Shown here one piece after another: positions 1 to 8,270 of a DNA stretch of 46,771 bases. Position 1 is the first letter of the stretch. Each line of letters begins with the position of its first letter. Both the position numbers and the translations under genes were made by a program. Location of the stretch: assembly GCA_013202285.1 (NCBI GenBank), contig JABMRV010000057.1, forward strand, positions 1-46,771. Direction: 5' to 3'. The DNA is from a bacterium (lineage in GTDB: Bacteria; Electryoneota; AABM5-125-24; Hatepunaeales; Hatepunaeaceae). The notes beneath the pieces were generated by a model, which ran no database searches, was not told the DNA's origin, and worked only from the letters and a program-made list of their open reading frames with translations.

Positions 1-1177
1 GCATCTCAAAATCAGCCACGACCTGTACGAGAGCGTTCGCTATCGGTCGATCGTCCTCTGCCGGGTCGGTTACAGTCCCAAAGAGATGTCCGACGCCCTC
101 GACGACGATCATGGTAACCGGTATGTCGAGACGCTGTATATTGGAAGCGTTGGCTTCAAAGCTAACGGTTCGCTCGTACTCGCCGAGTTCAAGCTCTCCG
201 GCGGAAGCGGTGAAAGTTACAACAAGCTCATCTCCGACTGCAATCTCACCTCCTTCGCAATCGATCTCAAGCCAATCAGGTTCATCGTCGGAGTCAGTAA
301 TTGTGAATTCCAACGCGTGCCATTCATCGTCAACTTCGGCGATGTTGGCGATGATAAGCTCAACCTCAGACGACCGCCCCTGGGGCACGGGTCCGAATGC
401 GATAAAGTCCGCTGACAGATCTGCCACGCCACCATAAACCGCGGCGTCAGATTCGACCCAACGGGGGTCTGCATTATCTTCGCCACCACCGCTTCCCAAT
501 CGACCGTTATAACCGTTATCGGTAAGGTCATGGAGCACCTGCCCTTCCGCTTCGTCAAAGCGGTAGTAAGCGACGAGCCCTTCCATATTATTGCTGATCA
601 GGCAGTTCATAGTGGCATTGATCTCCTCCTCGGAGCGGATGAAATTCCAGATACGCATTTCATCCAAACTTCCCCTTAACGCTTGGTTAGGATCAAAATT
701 ACCTCCGACAACATCTTGATCCTGCCCCAGGACAAGCCCGTTGTTGGCAATGGAAAAAGCGCCATCTGGCAGATTCCCGTTGTCAACCTCCTCGCCGTTG
801 AAATATACAGTCCATTGACCGTTGTTATTCCTTGTCAGGGCAACGTGGAACCACTCCTCTAAAGGGAATTCCGGACCTTCTGCGGGTGCCTGTCCTTTTA
901 AATGCGGTCTGAATCCTTCAATAAAAGCAAAGAAATGCAGGTATTCGTTATTTCCTGCATCATTTATTGCTCCCGAGATGATGGATGCCGCCGCATCTTC
1001 ACGGATGATATAGACCCAGTATTCAACCGTGCAGTTGGACAAGCCGTTTATTGCCTCGTGATCGAGACTGACATAGTCGTTATTGCCGTCAAATTCAAGT
1101 GCATATCCGGCATGCAAAGAATCCGGCAGAGCAAGGAGTAAAAACATGGCTACGAAGATAGAAACTGCGATTTTCAT
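1..1177 (-). CDS. Secreted LamG (concanavalin A-like lectin) domain protein, 5' part only; the CDS continues past the left window edge
   Basis: Absent from the ORF track because it is open-ended. The reverse strand shows AAGGAGG, 5 nt, then ATG at 1177..1175. My hand translation is stop-free down to position 2: MKIAVSIFVAMFLLLALPDSLHA/GYALEFDGNNDYVSLDH...WFHVALTRNNNGQWTVYFNGEEV...LRGSLDEMRIWNFIRSEEEI (signal peptide plus Laminin_G_3-type motifs). An Ig-like segment follows (FGPVPQGRSSEVELIIANI...), then GTVTDP..., resembling the start of a carboxypeptidase-regulatory-like domain. The + strand ORFs 86..415, 111..437, 822..1013 and 902..1141 are its shadows. Confidence 0.8.
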   Translation of the reverse strand, partial: MKIAVSIFVAMFLLLALPDSLHAGYALEFDGNNDYVSLDHEAINGLSNCTVEYWVYIIREDAAASIISGAINDAGNNEYLHFFAFIEGFRPHLKGQAPAEGPEFPLEEWFHVALTRNNNGQWTVYFNGEEVDNGNLPDGAFSIANNGLVLGQDQDVVGGNFDPNQALRGSLDEMRIWNFIRSEEEINATMNCLISNNMEGLVAYYRFDEAEGQVLHDLTDNGYNGRLGSGGGEDNADPRWVESDAAVYGGVADLSADFIAFGPVPQGRSSEVELIIANIAEVDDEWHALEFTITDSDDEPDWLEIDCEGGEIAVGDELVVTFTASAGELELGEYERTVSFEANASNIQRLDIPVTMIVVEGVGHLFGTVTDPAEDDRPIANALVQVVADFEM

Positions 1178-1245
1178 TACGACCTCCTTTGGTTTTATTG
1201 GAAGCTCAGAGGAGAAATTTTATGTTCGAGTTTATGTGTTGATTA

Positions 1246-4200
1246 CTACTTTATCAAAACAATTCTCTGAGTATGACACTGTTCTCCTGAGGCTAATCTG
1301 ACGAGATATATCCCGCTGGACAGGTCTTGTGCATTCAAGACCGTTTGGTAGTAACCCACCGATTGCCTTTCGTTCACAAGATTTGCAACCTCTCTTCCTG
1401 CAAGATCGTATAGCCTCAGTGTTATAAATCCACCCCTGTTGAGAGAGTAACTGATGCGGATGGTGGAGTTGAATGGATTCGGATAAGCAGAACTGATCCC
1501 GAATTTAACAGGTACAGCCGAAGATGCGGTCAACTGAACAACGGCGAAACCGTCCGTAGTGTAAACCGTCTCACCGGCAAGAACCGTGTATTCAGGAGTT
1601 GTCAGCCCATTATCCGTGAGTAACCTGATCTCAAGCGATTGACCCTCAAGAGCGCCGTCGATCTCGTTCGTCAATGGATCGTCACCCCAGATGGCTATAC
1701 CGCAGACGCCGTTTTGAAGAACGCCGCTGCCGACTAACTTGCCGTCAGTATAGACACCAATTTCAGCAGGTAACGATTGATCAGCCAACACAAGCAGACT
1801 CATATTAACACCGGTTACAACGTGAACAGGCAACTGACCCGGATCGTCGTAAACTGAAAAATGAGGAACGGATGCAAACGCGCCCTCGTCATCCGGTCGC
1901 TCATACCGGTAGATTAGATTCACAAATGCATCGACATTTACATAGTACCCCTGCCCCTCACGCATGTCACCCATGTTGCTGAAGTCCCAGTCGGGGATGT
2001 AGAAGTTACCGTGTCCGTCCTTGGCGATGATGAGATTGTTCTCTATCCCAGACAAAGCTATCGTTGTCTCAATCGGGAAGCGGGGATAGTAGGAAATCAA
2101 ATGCCAACCCTCAGTGAGTTCAATAGGATCATCACTGAGAACCAATATTCCCGAAAGACGGAAGATTGCTTCACTCCGCATCTTGAGTTGGTAACCCTGT
2201 GGAGCAAACCAGCCTAGTATATTGTTGTAGTCGTACTCCGGGATGTAGAACTGGCCCGCACCGTTCTTCATCATGATCAGCAGATCTTCTTCAACCAGCG
2301 GCGACATCAGTTCCCGGATGTCGTCGTTGTCATAGGGCTCAAAATTGAGTGAAACCGTGTTCCAGCCTATATTTAGGTTAAGCTCACGAAACCATGGTAT
2401 TCTGCCTTCCTGAACGTCCAGTCTTACCGGTAGGTGAGTATAACCGCCTCTGCCGTCGTGAATAAATACTAACTCTCCCTCAAAACGGTTGTCGGGTGGT
2501 AAATCGGTCGAGTTGAGATAGAGGTCGAATGCCTGATCACCACCTGCTTCGATCTCACCGGCTTCGGGGTCGATCTGGAACCACTCGCGCCGTTCAGACA
2601 ACTGCCATACTCCAAGACGATCAGGGGTCTGAACGATCCCCATCAGTACCCAGTTAAAGATGTCGAACTGGTTGGTGATGTGAATACCTCCAGGTCTGCT
2701 GCCGGCCGCCTCCATCTCCGCAACAAGAATAGCTTCGCCGTTGTCAAGATTTATCTTGTAAACTGCGATGTCAATCTCATCGGTGCGCGAGAACACATAG
2801 AGGTTATGACCGTCCGGATCGTAAAGCCAATAAGCCAGACCATAAATGCGCAGATCATCAGGACGGTTGAGAGTCTGAACGAGGTTGCCCTCGCGGTTGG
2901 TGGCGAAGATATTGGAAGTTATATCAGCCGACCAGAACCAATCGTTTTCCGGATCCCAGGTCAACGAACGGTACGATTGCGCTTCACCCTCAAGCGTTTC
3001 CACATGATCACCGTAAAGGCTGTAACCATAGAGTACGTTATCGTCCGCCCCCCAGATCAGTTCACCGTCATAAGTCAGATCGCGCATCCCGTAACGGGAC
3101 TCGTGCACCTGCTCAAACTCGCCGGTCTGCTCGCCTTCATTGTCAAAGACGTAGATCATGTTAGGGTTGCCACCGTTGTTGCCGCCGGACACGTAGAAAT
3201 GGTCTTCGGCGAAGGTGACACCGTTAATCATGTCATCTTCAACCATCTGTTCGGTGTTGTACATCGAGCGCAGTTGCCATGGCTCGGCATTTGCCTCACC
3301 GAGCAGGCGACGTTCGATCTGGTAAGTCAAGGGTCCGTTTCCGCCGTTATGAACGTCGAAGTTAATTGTTTCCTCCATGTCGGGTTCCAAAAACCATGTG
3401 ATGTTTTCCTCACTGGGTAAGCACACGGAGTGAAGCAGGGCAATGTCAAGTTCGTATTCACCGGCTTCTTCAAGTGAAATTTCATGAGTAAGAGGTAGAA
3501 AATCACTGGCGATAAAAGTAAGTTCATAGTCTCCAAGCGGAAGATTTTCAATGGAGTAGTTACCCTCATCGTCGGAGAAGCGTGAAATGACAGGGGGATC
3601 AAGATCGATGCTGGCGCCACTTATAAGATCGTGATATGCTGCACAGCTTATAACTCCGACGATATCCGCTACGTCATTATCTACAGACATGATTACCGAG
3701 ACTTCGATGAGCGATTCGGATAAATCATCGCGCTCCTCCTCTACCTCGACGAGTTCAACGAGAATCTGCATCCTGTAAATCCCGGCTTCAAGTTCCGTCG
3801 AGTTAAACAGGAGTTCAAACGTCTCCTCGCTGTCGTTTGCAATCACACCCGAATTCGGTTCAGCCAGGAGCCACCTCGGTTCTTCGATACCGTCGTCGAT
3901 CACTACCCAGCCCCACTCCTGGTTATCTGCCGAGCTGTAAATGGAATACCAGATGTTTTCACTGTCGTGGGTGATGCCGTAAGTACCGCCAGGCGTTCGG
4001 AATTCCCTCTCCTGGACGACTTGGACTTCCTCATTCTCCAAGTCGAGGTTAAGCTGCATAAGCCAGCCCAATTCGGATATCACCCACATATGCCCTGTGT
4101 CATGTTCCGGCACCCAGGTTATGGCATAACAAGCGGATGCCCGGATGTTCCCGCAACTGATAGTGGTTAAAACCTCGCCTTCGTCGGTCATCCTGCGCAG

Positions 4201-4785
4201 GTTTGCATCTCCTCCATAGGGATACGTCCAGAGGTTATTTCCGTCCCATGCCACACCGCAGGGAATATAACCAAGGTTGATAGTGGTTATCTGATTACCT
4301 TCGCGGTCGAGATTGATAAGTCTGTTCTGAGCATCGGTTGAGATCCATAAGGTTTCACCGTCCCAAGCTGCCGCCCAGGGTGTGAAATTGGTTCTAAAAT
4401 TACCAACAAACTCTTCCTCTTCGATATTCCAGAAGTAAACCTGGCTGTTGTCCCAATCGACGATGCACATTTCCTCTCCTACCCAAGCCATACCGCACCA
4501 TCCACGGTTGCGCTGACTATAGAAAGCCACTCTATCGCCGAAGTCGTCGCGCCTCGGACCGGGCGGGTGTCGCTCTTCATCCTCCGGAGTGGCAAATCTG
4601 ATCCTGAAGGAGACATCTATACCTCCATCATTACCAAGCGTCATTTCCACAGTTTCTTCTGCATCGACTTCCAAGGCGACTGCAACACCATACGGTGAGA
4701 GTGTTACATCGGCTTGTGCCGGATGAGAGTATAATACAATTAAAATCAATGTGATGAAGATGAGAAAAGAATTGTTTTTCAGCAT
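1246..4785 (-). CDS. T9SS-sorted secreted multi-domain protein, paralog of the giant ORF (propeller module, CarboxypepD_reg-like domain, second propeller-like region, GWN repeats, WGDDP module, T9SS C-terminal domain)
   Basis: The ORF track gives 1246..4803 from a TTG. An in-frame ATG at 4785 preceded by GGGAG gives MLKNNSFLIFITLILIVLYSHPAQA/DV, a clean signal peptide. The protein contains GPRRDDFGD followed by a propeller with WVPEHDTGHMW, HDSENIWY and VVIDDGIEEPRW, the same signatures as the giant ORF modules. It also has SRFSDDEGNYSIENLPLGDYELTF (CarboxypepD_reg-like) and ends in YPNPFNSTIRISY...SGIYLVRL...RIVLIK. It lies only 68 nt upstream of the LamG gene start, so the two are probably co-transcribed. 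Confidence 0.9.
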   Translation of the reverse strand: MLKNNSFLIFITLILIVLYSHPAQADVTLSPYGVAVALEVDAEETVEMTLGNDGGIDVSFRIRFATPEDEERHPPGPRRDDFGDRVAFYSQRNRGWCGMAWVGEEMCIVDWDNSQVYFWNIEEEEFVGNFRTNFTPWAAAWDGETLWISTDAQNRLINLDREGNQITTINLGYIPCGVAWDGNNLWTYPYGGDANLRRMTDEGEVLTTISCGNIRASACYAITWVPEHDTGHMWVISELGWLMQLNLDLENEEVQVVQEREFRTPGGTYGITHDSENIWYSIYSSADNQEWGWVVIDDGIEEPRWLLAEPNSGVIANDSEETFELLFNSTELEAGIYRMQILVELVEVEEERDDLSESLIEVSVIMSVDNDVADIVGVISCAAYHDLISGASIDLDPPVISRFSDDEGNYSIENLPLGDYELTFIASDFLPLTHEISLEEAGEYELDIALLHSVCLPSEENITWFLEPDMEETINFDVHNGGNGPLTYQIERRLLGEANAEPWQLRSMYNTEQMVEDDMINGVTFAEDHFYVSGGNNGGNPNMIYVFDNEGEQTGEFEQVHESRYGMRDLTYDGELIWGADDNVLYGYSLYGDHVETLEGEAQSYRSLTWDPENDWFWSADITSNIFATNREGNLVQTLNRPDDLRIYGLAYWLYDPDGHNLYVFSRTDEIDIAVYKINLDNGEAILVAEMEAAGSRPGGIHITNQFDIFNWVLMGIVQTPDRLGVWQLSERREWFQIDPEAGEIEAGGDQAFDLYLNSTDLPPDNRFEGELVFIHDGRGGYTHLPVRLDVQEGRIPWFRELNLNIGWNTVSLNFEPYDNDDIRELMSPLVEEDLLIMMKNGAGQFYIPEYDYNNILGWFAPQGYQLKMRSEAIFRLSGILVLSDDPIELTEGWHLISYYPRFPIETTIALSGIENNLIIAKDGHGNFYIPDWDFSNMGDMREGQGYYVNVDAFVNLIYRYERPDDEGAFASVPHFSVYDDPGQLPVHVVTGVNMSLLVLADQSLPAEIGVYTDGKLVGSGVLQNGVCGIAIWGDDPLTNEIDGALEGQSLEIRLLTDNGLTTPEYTVLAGETVYTTDGFAVVQLTASSAVPVKFGISSAYPNPFNSTIRISYSLNRGGFITLRLYDLAGREVANLVNERQSVGYYQTVLNAQDLSSGIYLVRLASGEQCHTQRIVLIK
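1249..1505 (-). other. T9SS type A C-terminal sorting domain (Por secretion tail pattern) of the 1,179-aa protein
   Basis: FGISSAYPNPFNSTIRISYSLNRGGFITLRLYDLAGREVANLVNERQSVGYYQTVLNAQDLSSGIYLVRLASGEQCHTQRIVLIK. This fits the canonical N-Y-P-N-P-F-N..T-x-I motif, the G-x-Y central motif and a terminal K. Family assignment is by pattern, not HMM. Confidence 0.8.
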
Positions 4786-4863
4786 TTTGGGCTCCCTGGT
4801 CAAGTGATGTTGTCGAGAAGAACTGAATGCTCTACGAGGTTTTAAAATGTGTGAAGTTTTTTG

Positions 4864-4892
4864 AGTTTAATCTAATTGTAATTATATGTCAA
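4864..4892 (-). promoter_or_regulatory. Sigma-70-like promoter candidate for the 1,179-aa/LamG genes
   Basis: The reverse strand reads TTGACA (4892..4887), a 17-nt spacer, then TAAACT (4869..4864). A perfect TATAAT also abuts the TTGACA (4886..4881). The site is about 80-100 nt upstream of the ATG at 4785. Consensus matching only; the promoter rules of this lineage are unknown. Confidence 0.35.
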
Positions 4893-5014
4893 CCTTTCTT
4901 ATTCACTACCTCACGGTCAGTTAAGTTTGAGATATGTTGAATCAGAAGCGGTGATAGTTCGAACGGTGGTTTTGGGGGGTTGGATCAGGGAATAGCAGCG
5001 GTATTAGTAAAAGT

Positions 5015-5443
5015 TCACCAACCCTTCTTCTTCATTACCTTTGCTGCACTGTCTTCCATCCGTTTTTCAAACAACGCTGCTTTACTCTTCTGTGCTTCCA
5101 TTACCAAATCTATCAACGTATTGATATCGGCAGGTTTTTCGAGGAATTCAATTGCGCCAAGCTTAAGTGCTTCTACACTTTTCTGTACAGTCGCTCTTCC
5201 TGTCAGCAACACAACCTGAGAATCGGGACTTTCCAGAAGTATTAACTTCAACGTCTCAATTCCATCCATACCGGGCATTGCCATATCAAGTATAATCGCA
5301 TCATAGTATTTTCCTTTTACCCGATTGATCCCTTTAATTCCACTCTCAGCAGTATCAACCTCGAGTCCGCGAGCTTCCATACGTTCCGCAAGAACTTCAG
5401 TGAAATCAACCTCGTCATCTATTAAGAGCACTCTCGAAGGCAT
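5015..5443 (-). CDS. Single-domain response regulator (CheY-like receiver plus a short C-terminal helix, no output domain)
   Basis: MPSRVLLIDDEVDF...AIILDMAMPGMDG...LLTGRA...KLGAIEFLEKP carries the receiver signatures (acidic pocket DD, phospho-acceptor D, T, K). GGAG lies upstream of the ATG, 22 nt after the preceding gene. Confidence 0.9.
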   Translation of the reverse strand: MPSRVLLIDDEVDFTEVLAERMEARGLEVDTAESGIKGINRVKGKYYDAIILDMAMPGMDGIETLKLILLESPDSQVVLLTGRATVQKSVEALKLGAIEFLEKPADINTLIDLVMEAQKSKAALFEKRMEDSAAKVMKKKGW

Positions 5444-5465
5444 TTGTTAATCTCCTCGGTTTTAT

Positions 5466-6137
5466 CTAATTTTCAAATGGGATAGAAATTTCAATCACGG
5501 TTCGGTCAGGATCATTGAAGATTTTCACCGTATCGCTTATACGCTTCAGCAGTAAATTGTAGTATTCGACATCAAAACCATCGTTTCCGAAATCTCTTGA
5601 AACACATTCAACCGATAGGGTTGCGTGCGATTCCCTTGAGTCAATTGAGACGGTGATTGTTTCGTCGGGATTTGAGACGGCTAATACCCGCCTGATGTAT
5701 AAGTAAAGCGCTTGCTGCACAAGAAAAGGACTGTTCATTATAGTAATCGGTTCGTTTGAAAACCGTGTTTTGAGATCGACTTTTTTCATATCTGCAAAAC
5801 GCTGACAGAGATCGGTCAGATTTTCCACCAAACGGTTTATCTCAAACTCACAAACGGGATCATCGACACCGTGAGCGAATGTATTAAGCCGTTTGATAAT
5901 ATCGACACCGCGCTGGGTCTGATTTGATACTCTATCGGCGAAACGCTGCAACCGTTCGTTCGGTATCGGTTGACCACTCTCAACCCCGTTCAGAAGATCA
6001 TCAAGTAATCCGGCTGTCTGATCTATAATTGAAATAACATTGTTTAATTCATGCGAAACAGATGCTGTTATGGCACCGAAGAATGCCAGACCATTTTCAC
6101 GCAACATCTGCTCCTGGTTGAGATCGTCATTGAGCAT
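5466..6137 (-). CDS. Histidine-kinase-like protein with an H-box but a degenerate ATP-binding domain (candidate Spo0B/ChpT-type histidine phosphotransferase)
   Basis: ITASVSHELNNVISII is a HisKA H-box. The C-terminal half (QQALYLYIRRVLAVS...ECVSRDFGNDGFD...) lacks a recognisable N-box Asn, a DxGxG G1 box and a GxGLGL G2 box. All of these are present in the neighbouring kinase 6513..8222. There is no TM segment. The start overlaps the stop of the upstream receiver gene by 11 nt. Confidence 0.75.
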   Translation of the reverse strand: MLNDDLNQEQMLRENGLAFFGAITASVSHELNNVISIIDQTAGLLDDLLNGVESGQPIPNERLQRFADRVSNQTQRGVDIIKRLNTFAHGVDDPVCEFEINRLVENLTDLCQRFADMKKVDLKTRFSNEPITIMNSPFLVQQALYLYIRRVLAVSNPDETITVSIDSRESHATLSVECVSRDFGNDGFDVEYYNLLLKRISDTVKIFNDPDRTVIEISIPFEN

Positions 6138-6504
6138 TTACACTCCGTATGGCTTCTTTCATCTTTGCGATCAGGTCTTCAAGATCGATCGGTTTTTCGA
6201 GGTAATCAAATGCTCCTTCAGGCTTCTCATCATGCTCCTCACCAAGGGAACCGTGACCGGTGATCAGCAGAACCGGAAGCCGTGGATGTTCCTTTTCTAT
6301 GATCTTCATCACTTCAGTGCCCGACATCACCGGCATCTTCAGGTCGAGAACAACAACATCATAAGTGTTTTTGCGCATCATCTCAACAGCATCGGAACCG
6401 TTGAGAGCAAAGTCGGCTTCCATACCGCGATACTCAAGTCGCTCAACCAGAGTTGTAACCAACTCCTCCTCGTCATCAATAAACAAAATCTTATATTTAT
6501 CCAT
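6127..6504 (-). CDS. Single-domain response regulator (receiver only)
   Basis: MDKYKILFIDDEEEL...VVVLDLKMPVMSG...LLITGHG...GAFDYLEKPID. A GGAGG RBS overlaps the stop codon of the upstream kinase gene. Confidence 0.9.
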   Translation of the reverse strand: MDKYKILFIDDEEELVTTLVERLEYRGMEADFALNGSDAVEMMRKNTYDVVVLDLKMPVMSGTEVMKIIEKEHPRLPVLLITGHGSLGEEHDEKPEGAFDYLEKPIDLEDLIAKMKEAIRSVNAQ

Positions 6505-6512
6505 AAATCCTC

Positions 6513-8222
6513 CTAATACTCCTTTTTCTTAATCGGTAGTGTCACTATGAAGCGGGTTCCTTCTCCGATCACACTTTCGACTTCGATCTCCCCCCCTAAC
6601 TTGTGGACGATATCATTGGTTATTGATAACCCAAGACCAGTACCAAACTCACCTCTGGTTGAATAAAACGGCTCGAAAATGTGCTCAAGATTCTCCTCGG
6701 GAATACCGGAGCCATTATCGGATATAAAGATACTAACTATGTCGCCTTCACGCTTGGCGGCTGAGACATCGATTTTCCCACCATCCTCAACTGCTTTGAA
6801 CGCATTATTCAGTATGTTGAGAAATATCTGCTGCAGTTGACCCCGATCACTTTCAATCGCGGGAAAATCAGCGGGGAAATTACATTTAATGTCAATGTTT
6901 CGATGAAGGGCTTCTTTTCCGAGAAAGCCCGCTACTTCACTCATAAGATGATCCAGATCGATAAGCTCCTTCCCAACGTCCATGCGCTTGGCGAAGCCTA
7001 ACAATCTATGAGTAACAGCGCTGCACCTATCAACCGATTTATGAATAGAGTTGACGAGTTCAATCGTCTTTCCCTTACGCGGGTAATCCTCGCTGAATTC
7101 AGCAATGTCCTTTAGAAGTCCCGCCTTCTCATTGATTATGGCGAGTGGGTTGTTTATCTCGTGTGCCACACTCGCTGCCATCCGACCGATTGTAGCCATT
7201 TTGTTGGTGTATTCTATGTTATGAAAAGCCTTGGCGCGCAGCTGATCTGCCTCACGAAAACGTTTTACCAGATAGGTCGCTCGCCAGTACACGAAGAGCA
7301 ATATCAGGATCACGCAGAACAGTAGAAACCACAGCAGGTCAGATCGACGCGAAATCCAATGTCCGAAAGGACTTTCATGCTGTTTCAGTGCAATAAGTAT
7401 GAAAGGAGTATTCTTAATATGGGCATATCCGAAAGTTATCCATTCTCCATTCTTCTTGAACTCCTCTATTACTTCAAGGTTACGAACTGGAAAAGACACC
7501 TCGAAGTTCATCTTATCCAGAACACCACCGCTGAATGCGGATGAAGTCTGTAGTATTCCATCTTTATTGATAATGAACACATCCGTTGAACGACTTAGAT
7601 GTTGTGAAAAAATCTGCTCCTTAAAAAGATCCATATCAATGGTTGCTCTCAAAACATAAAACTCACCATTTTGCTTCTCATCCTTGACAGCTATGACAAA
7701 ATGAGGGAAATTCCTATACCCCATGAAAACATCGCTGACAAATACCCCGCGCAGGTTGACTTCATGGAACCAGGATTGATCCTTGTAATTCCTGCCTTTC
7801 AGATTGTAGGGACCACTGTAAAACAACTGCGCACCGTCAGAATCGATGAGACCGAGATCGATGAATCCACCGAACGAACTCTTCAGGTTGCGAAAGGTCG
7901 ATGATAGACTTGCCTCACTGTTCAATCCTTCGAAGTACTGTTCATTAACGATCAGGGTAAGCGCAGACCGTCGTTCCTCGACCATTAGCTCCAGCATGTT
8001 TTTTGTACTGGATATAATCCGGGAGATTCCATACCGGTTTTCCGCACTGAAAGCCTTCTGGTCGAGATGGTAGGTAACCACGGTCATTATCATCAGCGGC
8101 GTCAGCGCTAAAAGCAATGAAAACAGTATGGAAAAACGCTTGAAACGCCGGTATGATCGAACAATGTTGAAGGTCTGCGGCTGCTGGATGTGTTCGGTTT
8201 TTTTCCTGCCCAGAGATGGCAT
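6513..8222 (-). CDS. Membrane sensor histidine kinase with a periplasmic Cache-like sensor domain
   Basis: Two hydrophobic segments (FSILFSLLLALTPLMIMTVV and LLWFLLFCVILILLFVYW) flank a roughly 250-aa Cache-like region (GLIDSDGAQLFYSGPYNLKGRNYKDQSWF...). Kinase boxes follow: H-box SVAHEINNPLA, N-box NILNNAFKA, G1 ISDNGSGIP, G2 GTGLGLSI. Confidence 0.92.
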   Translation of the reverse strand: MPSLGRKKTEHIQQPQTFNIVRSYRRFKRFSILFSLLLALTPLMIMTVVTYHLDQKAFSAENRYGISRIISSTKNMLELMVEERRSALTLIVNEQYFEGLNSEASLSSTFRNLKSSFGGFIDLGLIDSDGAQLFYSGPYNLKGRNYKDQSWFHEVNLRGVFVSDVFMGYRNFPHFVIAVKDEKQNGEFYVLRATIDMDLFKEQIFSQHLSRSTDVFIINKDGILQTSSAFSGGVLDKMNFEVSFPVRNLEVIEEFKKNGEWITFGYAHIKNTPFILIALKQHESPFGHWISRRSDLLWFLLFCVILILLFVYWRATYLVKRFREADQLRAKAFHNIEYTNKMATIGRMAASVAHEINNPLAIINEKAGLLKDIAEFSEDYPRKGKTIELVNSIHKSVDRCSAVTHRLLGFAKRMDVGKELIDLDHLMSEVAGFLGKEALHRNIDIKCNFPADFPAIESDRGQLQQIFLNILNNAFKAVEDGGKIDVSAAKREGDIVSIFISDNGSGIPEENLEHIFEPFYSTRGEFGTGLGLSITNDIVHKLGGEIEVESVIGEGTRFIVTLPIKKKEY

Positions 8223-8270
8223 ACTGTCACACTTTATATGAGTTTATTAATGTTACAAAAATCTGATCGA

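Noticed and set aside
86-1301. Plus-strand ORFs 86..415, 111..437, 822..1013, 902..1141 and 1083..1301, and minus-strand 217..558.
   Set aside because: They overlap the open-ended minus-strand LamG CDS (1..1177). That CDS has an RBS, a signal peptide and clear LamG motifs, whereas the listed ORFs have no motifs and read like shadow frames.
4786-4803. The TTG start at 4803 for the 1,185-aa ORF, and likewise the TTG at 44504 for the PPDK_N gene.
   Set aside because: In-frame ATGs at 4785 and 44513 have better Shine-Dalgarno spacing (GGGAG and AAGGAG). For 4785, the ATG places the start directly at a canonical signal peptide. The longer forms cannot be excluded without N-terminal data.
6590-6596. 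A C7 run (G7 on the coding strand, LGGE) near the 3' end of the sensor kinase gene, as a second slippage site.
   Set aside because: Seven nucleotides is short for efficient slippage and unremarkable by chance. It sits only 28 codons before the stop, so a slip would have little switching effect.
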